A stretch of 64,000 nt of DNA, taken from assembly GCA_946965045.2 (NCBI GenBank), contig OX337242.1, positions 2,728,001-2,792,000 of the forward strand, in the 5' to 3' direction. The DNA is from Epithemia pelagica. Taxonomy: Eukaryota; Protista; Bacillariophyta. The notes under the pieces were generated by a model. It saw only the letters and a list, made by a program, of their open reading frames with translations. It did not search any database and was not told the origin of the DNA. How positions within the stretch are numbered: position 1 is the stretch's first letter; each line of letters begins with the position of its first letter. Below are positions 39,666 through 50,866 of the stretch, piece after piece. A program made the position numbers and the translations under genes.

Positions 39666-41511
39666 ATGACCTTCACAAATCTTCTTTCCAACAATTTATG
39701 ATTGTTGAAACTTTGTTGGGACAGTCATCTCGAAGACTGTCCCAACAGACTCTCTTCTTCCAGGAACTCCTTTGGGTGCGATGACTCGATCAGCGTTCGT
39801 CCGTCGGTCCCTTCTTGACCGGGGCGGTACGATGCGGTTGCCGCACCGGTTGCTGCTCCGGTTGCCGCCTTTGAGCCCCTTGGCGATGTCCCCACTGTGG
39901 CCTTTGATCAAACTGCGTTTTGCATGCAAGCGTTCAGCGGAGACGTCCAACAGAGTGCTCCACCTTGTGAGTGTTTTCGTATCGGTTATCCCTACCTGAT
40001 TGACACGACGATGACGGGATCGTTTCCCTGCGATCTCATTGACATTTGCAAAGGCGACCAACCCGCCGCAATTCATTCGTCCTGGACCGAAATTTGTGAG
40101 CAGCCTGTCTGCGATGCCGCCGTTGCCGGACAGATTTTTACGATCGATGATCTTGGACAGAGCAGTGTTCCCTGCGAATGTCTGCTCGAAGTGCCGCAAG
40201 CGTGATCGTCGCATCTGGAACGTTGGACTGCGATTGGTGGTTTGACGGGTGCTCCTCCTACGACGACCTCTCTGTCCATTTGTCCTGGATCGACGTTTGT
40301 GAGCCGCATGTCTGCGAGGGCGTCTTTTACGAAAGGATTTACACGATCGGTGATGACGGACAGCGTAATGTACCCTGTGACTGTCTTTCTCACAGTGCCG
40401 CAAGCGCTAACGGCGCGGTGGCAGCGTTTGACTGCGATTGGTGGTTTGACGGGTGCTCCAACCGCGCCGTCTCTGTCCATTCGTCCTGGAGCGAAATTTG
40501 CAAGGAGCGTGTCTGCGCAGCCACGTTGAATCTACCAGGCAATGCGTTAGTGGTGGACCGAGGCAATGCGTTGGGGGGATTTCCACAGAATGGTTTCTTT
40601 TGCGAATGCCTTGCGTACGAACCCCAACACCTGATCGACACGACGCATGCGTTTGACTGCGGATATTTTCAGCCTGGACCAGCATTTGTCCGTGGTTCCC
40701 TGGGCAACCTCCCGCTATTTTGATGATGCTCATGGTGTTGGTCTCTTGGATTAAGAAACTCCTTTGGCTCTTTGACGGTTGGTTTGATGATAATGACAGT
40801 GGAAAGGGGAGTGGAAAAGGAAAAAACAAGGACAAGAGAGGTCGTCGTCGTCGTCGTCATCGTCGCGCGGCCGCCGAAACTCAATGCCAAATGTTCCAGT
40901 CCAAAGGAGTCACCACGGACGAAGGAGCCTTGCAACGAGACGTCCAAGTCGTCCTGAACCACATGCAAGACCAGGGTGGCTTTTCGGTCAATACCCTCCG
41001 CTCTCTGTACAAGTCATTGTTGTCGGATTTGGACATGGAGGACAACGACATGACCCAAGAACAAATGGACCTATTGGTGGAAGACACCTTGACCTCGATC
41101 GATCTCAATGGAGATGGAATGATTGATCCCAACGAACTGGCCAGCTTGGACCTTCCTCAAGAAATGACTGACTTTGTCTTTGACGACGTGGTCGCCTGTA
41201 CATCGTCCAACTTCAAGACGGCTTCCAGAGAAACCTGTGTCACGCCGGACAATGTCGTGGAACTCCTCAACAACTTTTATGCCGGTACCAAGGTGGTGAG
41301 TCCTGCCATGGCCGACCAAATTCGCGAGCAGAGTGGGGCCGATGCCTGCTACACCCGCTCTGAATTTGAAGCGGCCTTTGCGGTCAATGGCATGCCCTCA
41401 TCTACTACCGCTTCCTTGGAAACCTTGTCGTCGTCGGCCGGATCTGCGGCCCAAGCCACGTGTGCTTGGACGGCAGCGGTCGGAACCGCCCTGTTTGTGG
41501 CTGGAATCTAA
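39666..41511 (+). pseudogene. EF-hand membrane-anchored family paralog 1, with an N-terminal array of Cys/Trp-rich ~70-aa repeats; disrupted as assembled
   Basis: Needs two 1-nt insertions (about 40183 and 40666-40669) and passes in-frame TGA at 39699 and 39816. Repeats DCDWWFDGCS...SW-EIC...VC...PC[ED]C, a hydrophobic segment, RRRRR, EF-hand DLNGDGMIDPNE and a hydrophobic C-tail. Confidence 0.65.
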
Positions 41512-43880
41512 AGGATGGATCTGGCACGGTAAATATTCATGGGGGGGATCCGCACAAGGAACCAACTCCAACGTTGAATACCCAGTTGTCGTGGACATGT
41601 TCTCGGTTCCACATAAATGTTGAATGTCTGTCTCGTTAATCACGTTACAAAAGTAATTCCAAGGTTTGTGTATCTCTCTTGTCTCTTTTTCTGAAATAGA
41701 GTTGTAGACCATTGACATGTCGAGAAGGGACCTCCCTCGTTGCTGTAAATCAGCAGTTGTGCGTCACATCATGCTGCGGTTGGGTGATTGGAAGTTGGAC
41801 CAAGGAAATTCGGAACCAGTGGGGAGGAGAGTTGTTTCGTCTTGCGTCTTGGATTGACGACGATCCCGCCGGACAACGACTTGCTGACAGGCTGCCTTCT
41901 GGACAGACCAAGCCTGCCGAAATCGTGGCGATACAGATACACCGTGCTCGCCACCGAGGTAGCAGAGGTAGTCAAGGTAGTGGTAGCAAGGGTAGCTACT
42001 GGGAAGAGGCATCGTTGGAACGAGAGGAGAAAGAACCACCACCAAGGAAAGGAGCGCAGCAACACCCATGGACACATGATGGGGAAAAGGAATCACCCCA
42101 CGTGGCTCCTTGGTTTTGTGTGGAACGCGCAAGATTCCATAGGTATCTACCTATATTAGTACCTATCTACCTAGATTGTGTGTTGCCATGTTATGTGTGA
42201 AACGGAAGATGGTCCTTCTCGTGTGTGTCATGGCCTCTGGAACACAGCAGACAAAACGTGTTGTGTTACCAAACCCAACAGCCTCCTCCTTCTCCTCCGT
42301 TCGGACGACAACGACAAGGACGACGAAGCGGGGTCTCCCTCCTCTAGGTACTTTCCCCGAGAATCATCCACTCCCACCCTCACCATCCAAAATCCAAACG
42401 AAGCAGCAGCACACAAGGGGGGAGATTGAACACAGCAGCTTCTCTCTTGCTAGTCGCTAGGTAGGTGCACGGCGCAGGAATACGAATCCATGGATTCGTC
42501 TTCTCCGTTGTATGTGACACACGGATCACAGAACCTTCCACAGAAGAAGAAGAAAAAGAAAAAGAAAACGAGGACGACCAAGAGAGGGGACTCACAAACT
42601 ACCCACCTAGTATGGGTCCATGATGTTGTATTGTTTGGATAGAGTCACCCCGAAGAAGAAGGGCTTACTGTCGGTCGGTCTCTCTAGCCCTCTTCAAGAA
42701 ACTGATGACGACGACGTTGACGACAAACTCATAAGGGAGGAAGAGGGACCAAACCATCAGTCTCGAGAAGAAGAAGAGCAAACAGCGCTTCCAAACCCCT
42801 TCTCTACGTATTACACCCTCTCACACAAAACCACCAAGTTCGTGAGGACGGGGCAAGGTCCATACGATGATGATATTATGTTGTAGTATATTGACTCTTG
42901 GTTCGAATGGTTCCCCCAGTTTCCCCCATCCCGGTCGTGTACGTGTACTCGCAGCCGTGAGGAACCCCTGTCACCCCTTTTTTGTTCCCGTACACCCCCG
43001 TTGTATGTACGTTCTTTGGGGACCTTTCTTGTCATTCTCGTGGACCATGGTTGTGTGCCCCCCGTTCCAATGCCAATGCACCCCGAGAGTCGTTGTGGAG
43101 TTGTGTTCCCGTGCATCGAACCAAGGATCCTCCCCAAGACGCTTCTCGTGATTGGCTGTTTCCCCCAAACGAACAAACACCGAGAAATGTGGTTGCGTTG
43201 TTCCCGATCGACTCTCCAGGATCTGGCAGGGACTACCACATCTCTCGTAGATGTTGGTATTGCCCTTTGTACAGGACATAGCCATTTTGTACAATTGGAA
43301 AGGAAGCGTTTGCCATTGCCTTGACTATGGCCCCGTTGAGCTCGTCGTGTGTGCTCCACCACAAAAGCGAACCATGGAAGAAGAAACAACCCACACTCGG
43401 TCCAGTGCGAATACGGACCAGGAGTCAAACCAATCGATCCCAGCGTCAACAACAACTCTCCCTTCCATACCAACAACACAGAGAAATGACGGGGATATTC
43501 CGCCTCCTCTTTTTTGTTTCTTCCACTTCCTCTCTTTGAAAGAATGGACATACGAAACATCATGCTTTGTATGTGTGTGGTCCCGATGCACCCACAAAGT
43601 AAACAGTGAAGCTTTCCCCCAAGTCGTTGGTTGCTTCTTGCTTGTGATTGGTGAGTGATGAATGCTTGTTGTTACTTCTACGGTAGTGTTTGAGGTGATC
43701 GTGTGGACTGGATGGATGGATCCCACATATGCTGACTCCCAACACTTTTGCTGCATTGTCTTCCCATACTCCCAGCAAGACACACACACATACACAAACA
43801 TTCGAACCGTTCTCTCTCGACTCATAAATTTCGGATTTGATATTACAAGAGCAACCACAACCACCACAAGAAGAAGAAGA

Positions 43881-45137
43881 ATGATTGCCACCCTGTCGCC
43901 CCCTTCCAGCCGTACAACGAACCACCACCACAAGACGGGTGTCGTTGCCAGCTCGACCCTTGCTGCTCCTCCTTCATCTTCATCTACCATGACGCCCCTG
44001 TCGTTGGATGCCGCTCACAGTCTCATGGCTCGTCAAATGTACTTGTTGGAGCACAATTTGTATTCTCCCGACAAACAGCAACAGCAACACGAACAACCAG
44101 AGGAAACGGAACATTCCACCTCGTCCTCGGATTCTTCCATGGCGGCCCTGACACCTCCTCCTCCTCATCTTTCTTCCAGCACGACGACCACACTGTCCTA
44201 TCCCCTCATGACGACACCGCGCATTGTCGACACGACCTTGACGGATCCAAAACACCAACAGAACCAGAACACGACACCCCTCCCCTCCAATCACAACCAC
44301 CATCATGAAGCCGCAGCAGCCACGTCGTCCTGGGATGCCTCCTTGCTCCTGTCCACAGGTGTTTCGCAGCAGTCCCATTCGGCGTCTCTTCTTCTTCCTC
44401 CTCCTCCTTCTCCTCCTCCCACGGTTCCTCTTGCAGCGACCCTTGCTACCACTACCAACAAGACGACCTCGGCGAGCTCGGTGGCGAGCCGCAGCACCGC
44501 TCCCACAACCACGACCACAACCACCACGACGACGAGCAACAACTCGCGCAAAAAGGGACGACGATTTCTCTTCTTTTCCCGAAGGCAACCATCGAAGGAC
44601 GACCGTTCGACGACGACTTTGACGACTCCAACGACGACGACTCCTTCGGGAACCACCACCAGCACCATGACCACCACACTGCTCGTTCAGACCAAGCGGT
44701 TGCACGTGCAACAATTGCACGAAGCGGTCCAACAGGGATTGGCCGTCCATACCGATCGCGCCCTGGCGCGGTACCAGTCGGGCAATCCCCGTGGTGCGCT
44801 GCTGAGTTTGCGCCGTCGGCACAAGCTCTTGCAGCAACGGGCCATTTTGCAACAAGCCCATCACTTGTTGAAACACGTGTCCCGTCAAGTCCTACAGCAA
44901 CAGCAGCATGCCACTCCCCATTCTACCAGTCTTCCCACGGGCTTGCAACAAGTCGACAATCTCTTGGCCTCCTTGGAGCAACCCGAACACTCGTCGTCGT
45001 CGCAACCGTTGGACGAACAACTCTTGGAAGAATTTGCCCACCTCGTCACGACGAGTTCCTCACAACAACCACACCGAAAACAACCACCACCACCACAAGA
45101 GGGAAACAAAGAAGAAACCCAAGACGCCGAATCCTGA
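43881..45137 (+). CDS. Ser/Thr-rich protein with a C-terminal Snf7/ESCRT-III-like region (418 aa)
   Basis: ALARYQSGNPRGALLSLRRRHK...DEQLLEEFAHL; paralog of 37250-38254. ATG at 43881. Confidence 0.6.
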   Translation: MIATLSPPSSRTTNHHHKTGVVASSTLAAPPSSSSTMTPLSLDAAHSLMARQMYLLEHNLYSPDKQQQQHEQPEETEHSTSSSDSSMAALTPPPPHLSSSTTTTLSYPLMTTPRIVDTTLTDPKHQQNQNTTPLPSNHNHHHEAAAATSSWDASLLLSTGVSQQSHSASLLLPPPPSPPPTVPLAATLATTTNKTTSASSVASRSTAPTTTTTTTTTTSNNSRKKGRRFLFFSRRQPSKDDRSTTTLTTPTTTTPSGTTTSTMTTTLLVQTKRLHVQQLHEAVQQGLAVHTDRALARYQSGNPRGALLSLRRRHKLLQQRAILQQAHHLLKHVSRQVLQQQQHATPHSTSLPTGLQQVDNLLASLEQPEHSSSSQPLDEQLLEEFAHLVTTSSSQQPHRKQPPPPQEGNKEETQDAES

Positions 45138-45912
45138 GCCGCCACGGGACATGTGTATGTGTATATGTGTGTGTGCCGGTTGGCTCACCCAGTACCAAGG
45201 AGCAATCATTATTCGGAGGGGAAATCGAATAATGGTTTATACATAGGATATGAGACTATAATAATATGATAACTAATAATAGAAGACCGTTGGATAAAGA
45301 CTGAGAAACAATTGTCCTCTGCCTGCAGTGAATGTTCGAATTCATCTGGTATAGATATACACGGTAGAGGTTTGTGGTTCATCCTCGTCTCCGTCCGTTT
45401 CATGTGACAGAGGACTAGTCTTTTTGTTCTCTCTTCTCTACGCAAAAGAGTCTCGATAGCTGGGCCAGCTATCCGGCAAGGTTACTCCACTAGTAGACGT
45501 AGAGTTCGAGTTATGGAGTCGGAGAGACAGTCGTTTGTAAGCGTGACACCCCCCAAGACCAAACGGGCTTCTGTTTGGTCTTGGTGTCTCCAGAGCACGC
45601 CCGGCGAGCGTCGGAGAAAGAAACGCCACCGCGGCCCTCACGAATCCTTCCCGCGTGACACTGGTCGTACCACCCTTCTCGTGGAGCTCCTGAATTTTTT
45701 GGGCGACGACGACATGTCAATGGTCTACAAAACTAGTTTGAAAAGAGAGAAGAGAGACTCACAAACCATGTAATTACTTTAAGGTAGGTTTACTAACGAC
45801 AGATACAGAACCTACAAATGTCGAGAACATTGAGCAGACAACCGAGTCTTTGTCATTGGAGTTGGATCCTTGTGCGGATACCCATGAATGTTTACCGTGC
45901 CAGATCCATCCA

Positions 45913-47006
45913 CTAGATTCCGGCCACAAACAGGGCGGTTCCGACGACACCCGCCGCAGCAGTCGTCCAGGCACATGTGGGTTGAGCCGCAGATCCAGCC
46001 GACGACGACAAGGTTTCCAAGGAAGCGGTAGTAGATGAGGGACTGGCCGCAAAGGCCGATTCAAATTCAGAGCGGGTGTAACAGGCGTCGGCCCCACTCT
46101 GCTCGCGAATTTGGTCGGCCATGGTGGGACTGACCACCTTGGTACCGGCATAAAGGTGGTTCAAGAATTCCACCACATTGTCGGGTGTGACACAGGTTTC
46201 GCCCCAAGCCGTCTTGAAGTTGGACGATGCACAGGCGACCACGTCGTCAAAGACAAAGTCTCCCATTTCGGAAGGAAGCTCCAAGCTTGCCAGTTCAGTG
46301 GGATCAATCCTTCCATCTCCGTTCAGATCGATTGAGGTCAACGTGTTTTCCACCAACAGGTCCATTTGTTCTTGCGTCATGTCAGCCATATCCAAATCAG
46401 ACAACAAGGACTTGTAAAGAGAGCGAAGGGTATTGACCGAAAAGCCACTTTCGTCTTCCATGTGGTTCTTGACGACATGCAAGTCTTGTTGCAAGGCTGC
46501 TTCGTCCGTTTCGGTGGTGGCTTCTTTGGACTGAAACATTTGGCACTTGTTTTCGGCGGCCGCGCGGCGACGACGACGACGACCATATTTTCCATTCTTG
46601 TTACCACCTTTCCTTTGCCATTCCCACCGTCTCCACCAAACAAACTTCCAAATAGGTAGATGAGTTTATTAATGACATGTCCATTCTTCAACCAGGCAAC
46701 CAACAACATGAACAACATCAACACACTGGGGTGTTTCACAGCAACAGGACTGCGGGTCGGACGATCGGTTGGAGATTCGGTGGGATTAAAGCTGGGTGGG
46801 TCCGTCTCACAAATTTTGGTCGCGGGCAATGAACAACGGTCGAGAACTGCGCAGAAAGCATCAGGGTTTACCTTTGCCGCCGTGTCGATAGCGCTTTCGT
46901 CGAGCTTGTTCAATGGAAAGCAGTCACAGAGATCAGGGTCGATAGTGCCATCTTCGCGATTGAGCAGGATAAATAATACGAGTAGTTTGTAGATTTGCTT
47001 CCGCAT
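45913..47006 (-). CDS. EF-hand membrane-anchored family paralog 2 (364 aa after correcting a 1-nt deletion near 46610)
   Basis: N-terminal hydrophobic leader, Cys domain, PTESPT linker, hydrophobic segment, RRRRRAAAE, EF-hand DLNGDGRIDPTE and hydrophobic tail. The 3' UTR is homologous to that of paralog 1. Confidence 0.7.
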
Positions 47007-47279
47007 TCCGCAAGATTACCAAAGAAAGAGCAGGATGATGCATGATACGGCTTGTTGTGTTCTCTGCGACTGCGACTGGAAGGATGTATTGCCTGACTCG
47101 CGACCTCTAAGTATTCGTCTTCATACTTAACGGATGGGGTAGAGGCTGGCGCTCGACTCTCGCTATTTTTAGATTTTCGCCTTGGGTGCTTGCCTTGCGT
47201 CGATGAAGAGGGAAGGAGCCTGAACACCATGACGAATTGCATAGCAATCAAAATGAGAAATCTAGTTCATGGCATACCA

Positions 47280-48764
47280 ATGAACAGACGAACTGAACGG
47301 TTGTGTTTCGTTGTGGTTTTGGTCATTTCCTCCTTGTCAAATATGGTTTACCTCTGGCCGCAACGAGATTCCTTCCAGTTCATTGACGGCCAAACATCAT
47401 CTCCAACGTTGGAGACAGAACGCAAGAACTCGTCGACAGAGCTCCGTCCTTCTACAAATAACTCTTGGAAGAATACTAGTGGCAAGGTACAATGTGGAGG
47501 TGGACGCTTTGCAACAAGCTGCAAGAAATGCAATCAAGATAACAATGGCAATCACTCCACCAGTAGTACAACGGCGAGCTCTTGCGGAAACGTGGATTGT
47601 GAGTTTAATTTTGCCACACTCGAGTGCGAGCCACTTGGACCGGTCAGTTGCGGGAATCATGAGGCTTCGAGGTGCAGTTACTGTCCACAGGGCAACGGCA
47701 AGACATGGTGCAACGGGGACTGCAGCTGGAATGACACAACAAACGTGTGTGAACCAGTGTCGATACCTCCACACATTCATCCCGCCTACAAATACCTAAT
47801 CAAATTGAAGCCGTTCCAATCGGCAGTGGATGAGAACGGGCAATTTGTGAATATCATTTTTGTGCACATGATGTTTTATGAGGATTTCCATGAACAATTG
47901 TTTCATAAATTCAAACATGAGATTCTCTTTTTCGGTATCATGAGCCGTGATACCTTCCCGTATCCAAGTCCGAATCCATGGTCCATCCAGTTTCCTCATG
48001 ATAAGTACATTGACATGTTCCCGGGATGGTTGAACATGTATCGAGAGAATCGTATAAACTTCCCCGATCATGTCAAGGTCATACAAATGTCACAATCGGA
48101 TTTTGACCTTCCCGATATCGACTTCCAGCAAGAACGGATGGAGGGAAAACATTTGAAAAAGTATGACTTTGCCTACGCCACGTCCGGTGTGGATATAGGC
48201 AATGGTAGTTGCGATTGTTTTGTGGCCTTTGTCAAGAACTGGACGTTTCTTCGCGATCACGCATTGGATGTCATGTGTGGCGAGTTTGGATTGACAGGTG
48301 TCCTCATTGCTACCAAAGACGAAACAACTGGCAGGACTTGCGATATCCCCCAGTCGTGCAAGGGACGAGTCGTTCAAACACCCTTGTTGTCGCCAGACGA
48401 GGTCTGGAACTACATACGAGAAAGCCGTTTTCTCATGTTGCCTCAAGTCTATGATGCATCTCCCCGCGTCGCTACGTAAGCCTTGACATTGAACGTTCCA
48501 CTCTTTATGAATGAGAACATTGTGGGTGGCTGGAAGTACATTAATAATCAAACGGGTGGATTCTTTCATGACATGTCCAATTTTCGTCCACGCTTGTCGA
48601 GCTTCCTCGCCAAGTTGGACACCTACCAGCCTCGTGACTATGTGTTGGAGCATTATGGGAATGTAAACGCAGGGAAACGATTGATGGAATTTGTCCGACA
48701 GAATTTTGCCCATCGCGTCCACATTCCCAATGGAAGCCAAACCCTCAAGCCCGTGTTTAGTTGA
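47280..48764 (+). pseudogene. Type II membrane glycosyltransferase-like (GT-B-like) protein with Cys-rich modules; one in-frame TAA at 48477-48479
   Basis: N-terminal TM; [25 protein letters not shown] module; C-terminal [37 protein letters not shown] continues in the same frame past the stop. Confidence 0.6.
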
Positions 48765-48976
48765 AAAGCACTGTCTAAATCAAAACTAATTTCTCGTCAC
48801 GCTTCTTGTTTCGATTCGATGATATCGAGAGATGCACCTGGGGTGAAAGTGTTTAATGTTATCGAACGTACAGCAGGTTGAAAGAAAAGTCTTTGCAGGA
48901 TGATCATGTTTTGTCCTCCTGCGTTCGCAACAGGAAGAGTGTAAGCTACCAAGACCATAGCACTCACAATCATGTA

Positions 48977-49162
48977 CTAAGGTATAGAAGACAAGACAAA
49001 GACACACGCTCTGGGTCTTCTGAAGCCATCACTGGTCGTGTCAATAAGGAAAATCACATCCAGAATCATGGTGTCAATTTCTTGTTTGATTTCAATATCT
49101 TCTTTGTCCGACTCATGGACCAGTCCGTACAACAAGGAAGAGTAGAGAGCACAAAGATCCAA
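48977..49162 (-). pseudogene. Degenerate fifth fragment of the EF-hand family
   Basis: LCALYSSLLYGLVHESDKEDIEIKQEIDTMI...IDTTSDG aligns with LRSLYSSLLYGLLDESDQEDDEIKQEIDGMI...IDTNNDG. Confidence 0.75.
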
Positions 49163-49831
49163 ACGTTTGGGGGACCATTATTTCTTTGCGGAATCAAGAC
49201 GTCTTGTTTGTACTTTCGCCGAACCTATAATGTCGTTGTTGTTGGTGGTGTTGTAGTCACCACAATCTGGTGGTAGGGGATGCTCTGTGATCCCGCGTCT
49301 TGGTGAAAAACACAGATACAAACGAATCTTTGTGACCCCAAACGTTTGGGGGACCATTTTTTCTTTGCGGAATAAAGGCGGCTTGGCCAGTGCCTGATTC
49401 ACGCTCCTGCCCCAAAAGAAAAATGGGGGGGGGTTGGCTTCAGAAAGAGCGCGGACGATTGCCTCCTACTCTCGTGTTCCTCCAATCTCAAGCCTCTTGG
49501 TGCATTCTGCAACCGGAATGGTATGGGAGAGTCATAATGAAAAGGCACTATGGAATCATTTTACTTTCACTGGCAATCTTTTCCATGAACCTATTGCCAC
49601 TTGTCTCACAGTCTCCATAACAATGATAGTTGTGCGTTGGATTTCATATGGTTCACTATTTTCGTTACTAGAGGTATTTACGGACTAAGATGCACTGGTC
49701 ACTTATTATGTTTCTTCATGTATTGGAGCTTTTTTCTGGGAGATATTCTGGATCGAGCTTTTCTGGGCGATATTCTTGATTTTATAGACTGGTCGGAAAG
49801 GGGACATGTATAGTAGATGATGGTCCAAGAT

Positions 49832-50866
49832 TTAGGACGACGAGGACAAGCGAGAGACAAAGAGAGCCGTTCCCACACCAAAGGCCAAGGTCAAGACAAA
49901 GGTCAAATCCATGGCGGGTTTGGAGGTAAATCCAGCCGACAAGGTCTCCAAGTCATCTGCCGTGGTGAAGGACGCCTCAAATTCTGGACGGGTAAAACAG
50001 GAATCCGGGCCGCTCTCATCACGAATGTGTTGGGCCAAGGCCGGACTGACAACTTCGGTGCCTCCGTAAAACATGTTCAAAAAGGCAATCACATTGTCGG
50101 CCGTGACACAGGCATCTTCGGGAGTCATTTCCGGAGTCGTACAGGCCACAACGTCGTCAAACAAGAATTCTCCCGTCTCACGAGGAAGGGCAATGTTTTC
50201 CATCTCCCAAACATCAATGGTTCCATCATTGTTGGTATCGATAAAGCCAATGGCCTGCTCAATCATGCCGTCAATTTCTTGCTTGATTTCGTCATCTTCC
50301 TGGTCCGATTCATCCAACAATCCATACAACAAGGAAGAGTAGAGGGAACGGAGCTTGTCGTTGGAAAAGTCGGTGTGGTCTTCCATGTGGCTGGCCACCG
50401 TCTGCAATTGCTCTTGAGCTTGCGTCAGCATGGTGGTGGTTGTAGTCGTTGTTTGAGAATTGTCTTGTTTCGTATCCGGTTTCATGAGGAAGCATTGGTT
50501 CGCTCCGGTATCAGCCTTGTTGTTAGCTTGACTCAAATAGCGACCGCGCTCGGGAAGCAGCTCGGGAAGCCCAGTGCAGTCGCAGATCCCTTGCAACCAT
50601 GAAGGAATCTGGATTCCTGCACTATTGTCAAGGAGCAATGGCACAAAGATCAAGGCGAGGACAAGGATGAGAATGCCGCCAAGCACAAGGAGGATGCCTC
50701 CATTGGAACCGCTAAAAATCTTTTTGATGGTCTTGTCAATGTCCTTGGGCAAATCAATATCAAAATCCGTTTGACCGATATCTCCGGCCTGTCCAAGGTC
50801 GAATGGAGCTGCCGCTGGAGCAGCAACGGGAGCCGAAACGGCAATGGCTGTCGGGGTCGTTGCCAT
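49832..50866 (-). CDS. EF-hand membrane-anchored family paralog 3 (344 aa)
   Basis: ATG 50866; TM GILLVLGGILILVLALIFVPLLL; EF-hand DTNNDGTIDVWE; hydrophobic C-tail; intact. Confidence 0.8.
   Translation of the reverse strand: MATTPTAIAVSAPVAAPAAAPFDLGQAGDIGQTDFDIDLPKDIDKTIKKIFSGSNGGILLVLGGILILVLALIFVPLLLDNSAGIQIPSWLQGICDCTGLPELLPERGRYLSQANNKADTGANQCFLMKPDTKQDNSQTTTTTTTMLTQAQEQLQTVASHMEDHTDFSNDKLRSLYSSLLYGLLDESDQEDDEIKQEIDGMIEQAIGFIDTNNDGTIDVWEMENIALPRETGEFLFDDVVACTTPEMTPEDACVTADNVIAFLNMFYGGTEVVSPALAQHIRDESGPDSCFTRPEFEASFTTADDLETLSAGFTSKPAMDLTFVLTLAFGVGTALFVSRLSSSS

Noticed and set aside
41700-43660. Several overlapping 60-250 aa ORFs
   Set aside because: Mutually overlapping, many with non-ATG starts and no domain signatures; cannot choose a real gene.
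5726-48764. Non-standard genetic code (stop-codon reassignment) to explain in-frame TAG/TAA/TGA
   Set aside because: All three stops end clearly complete genes in this window (TAA 3237, 16525, 33021; TAG 34893, 56841; TGA 45137, 48764).
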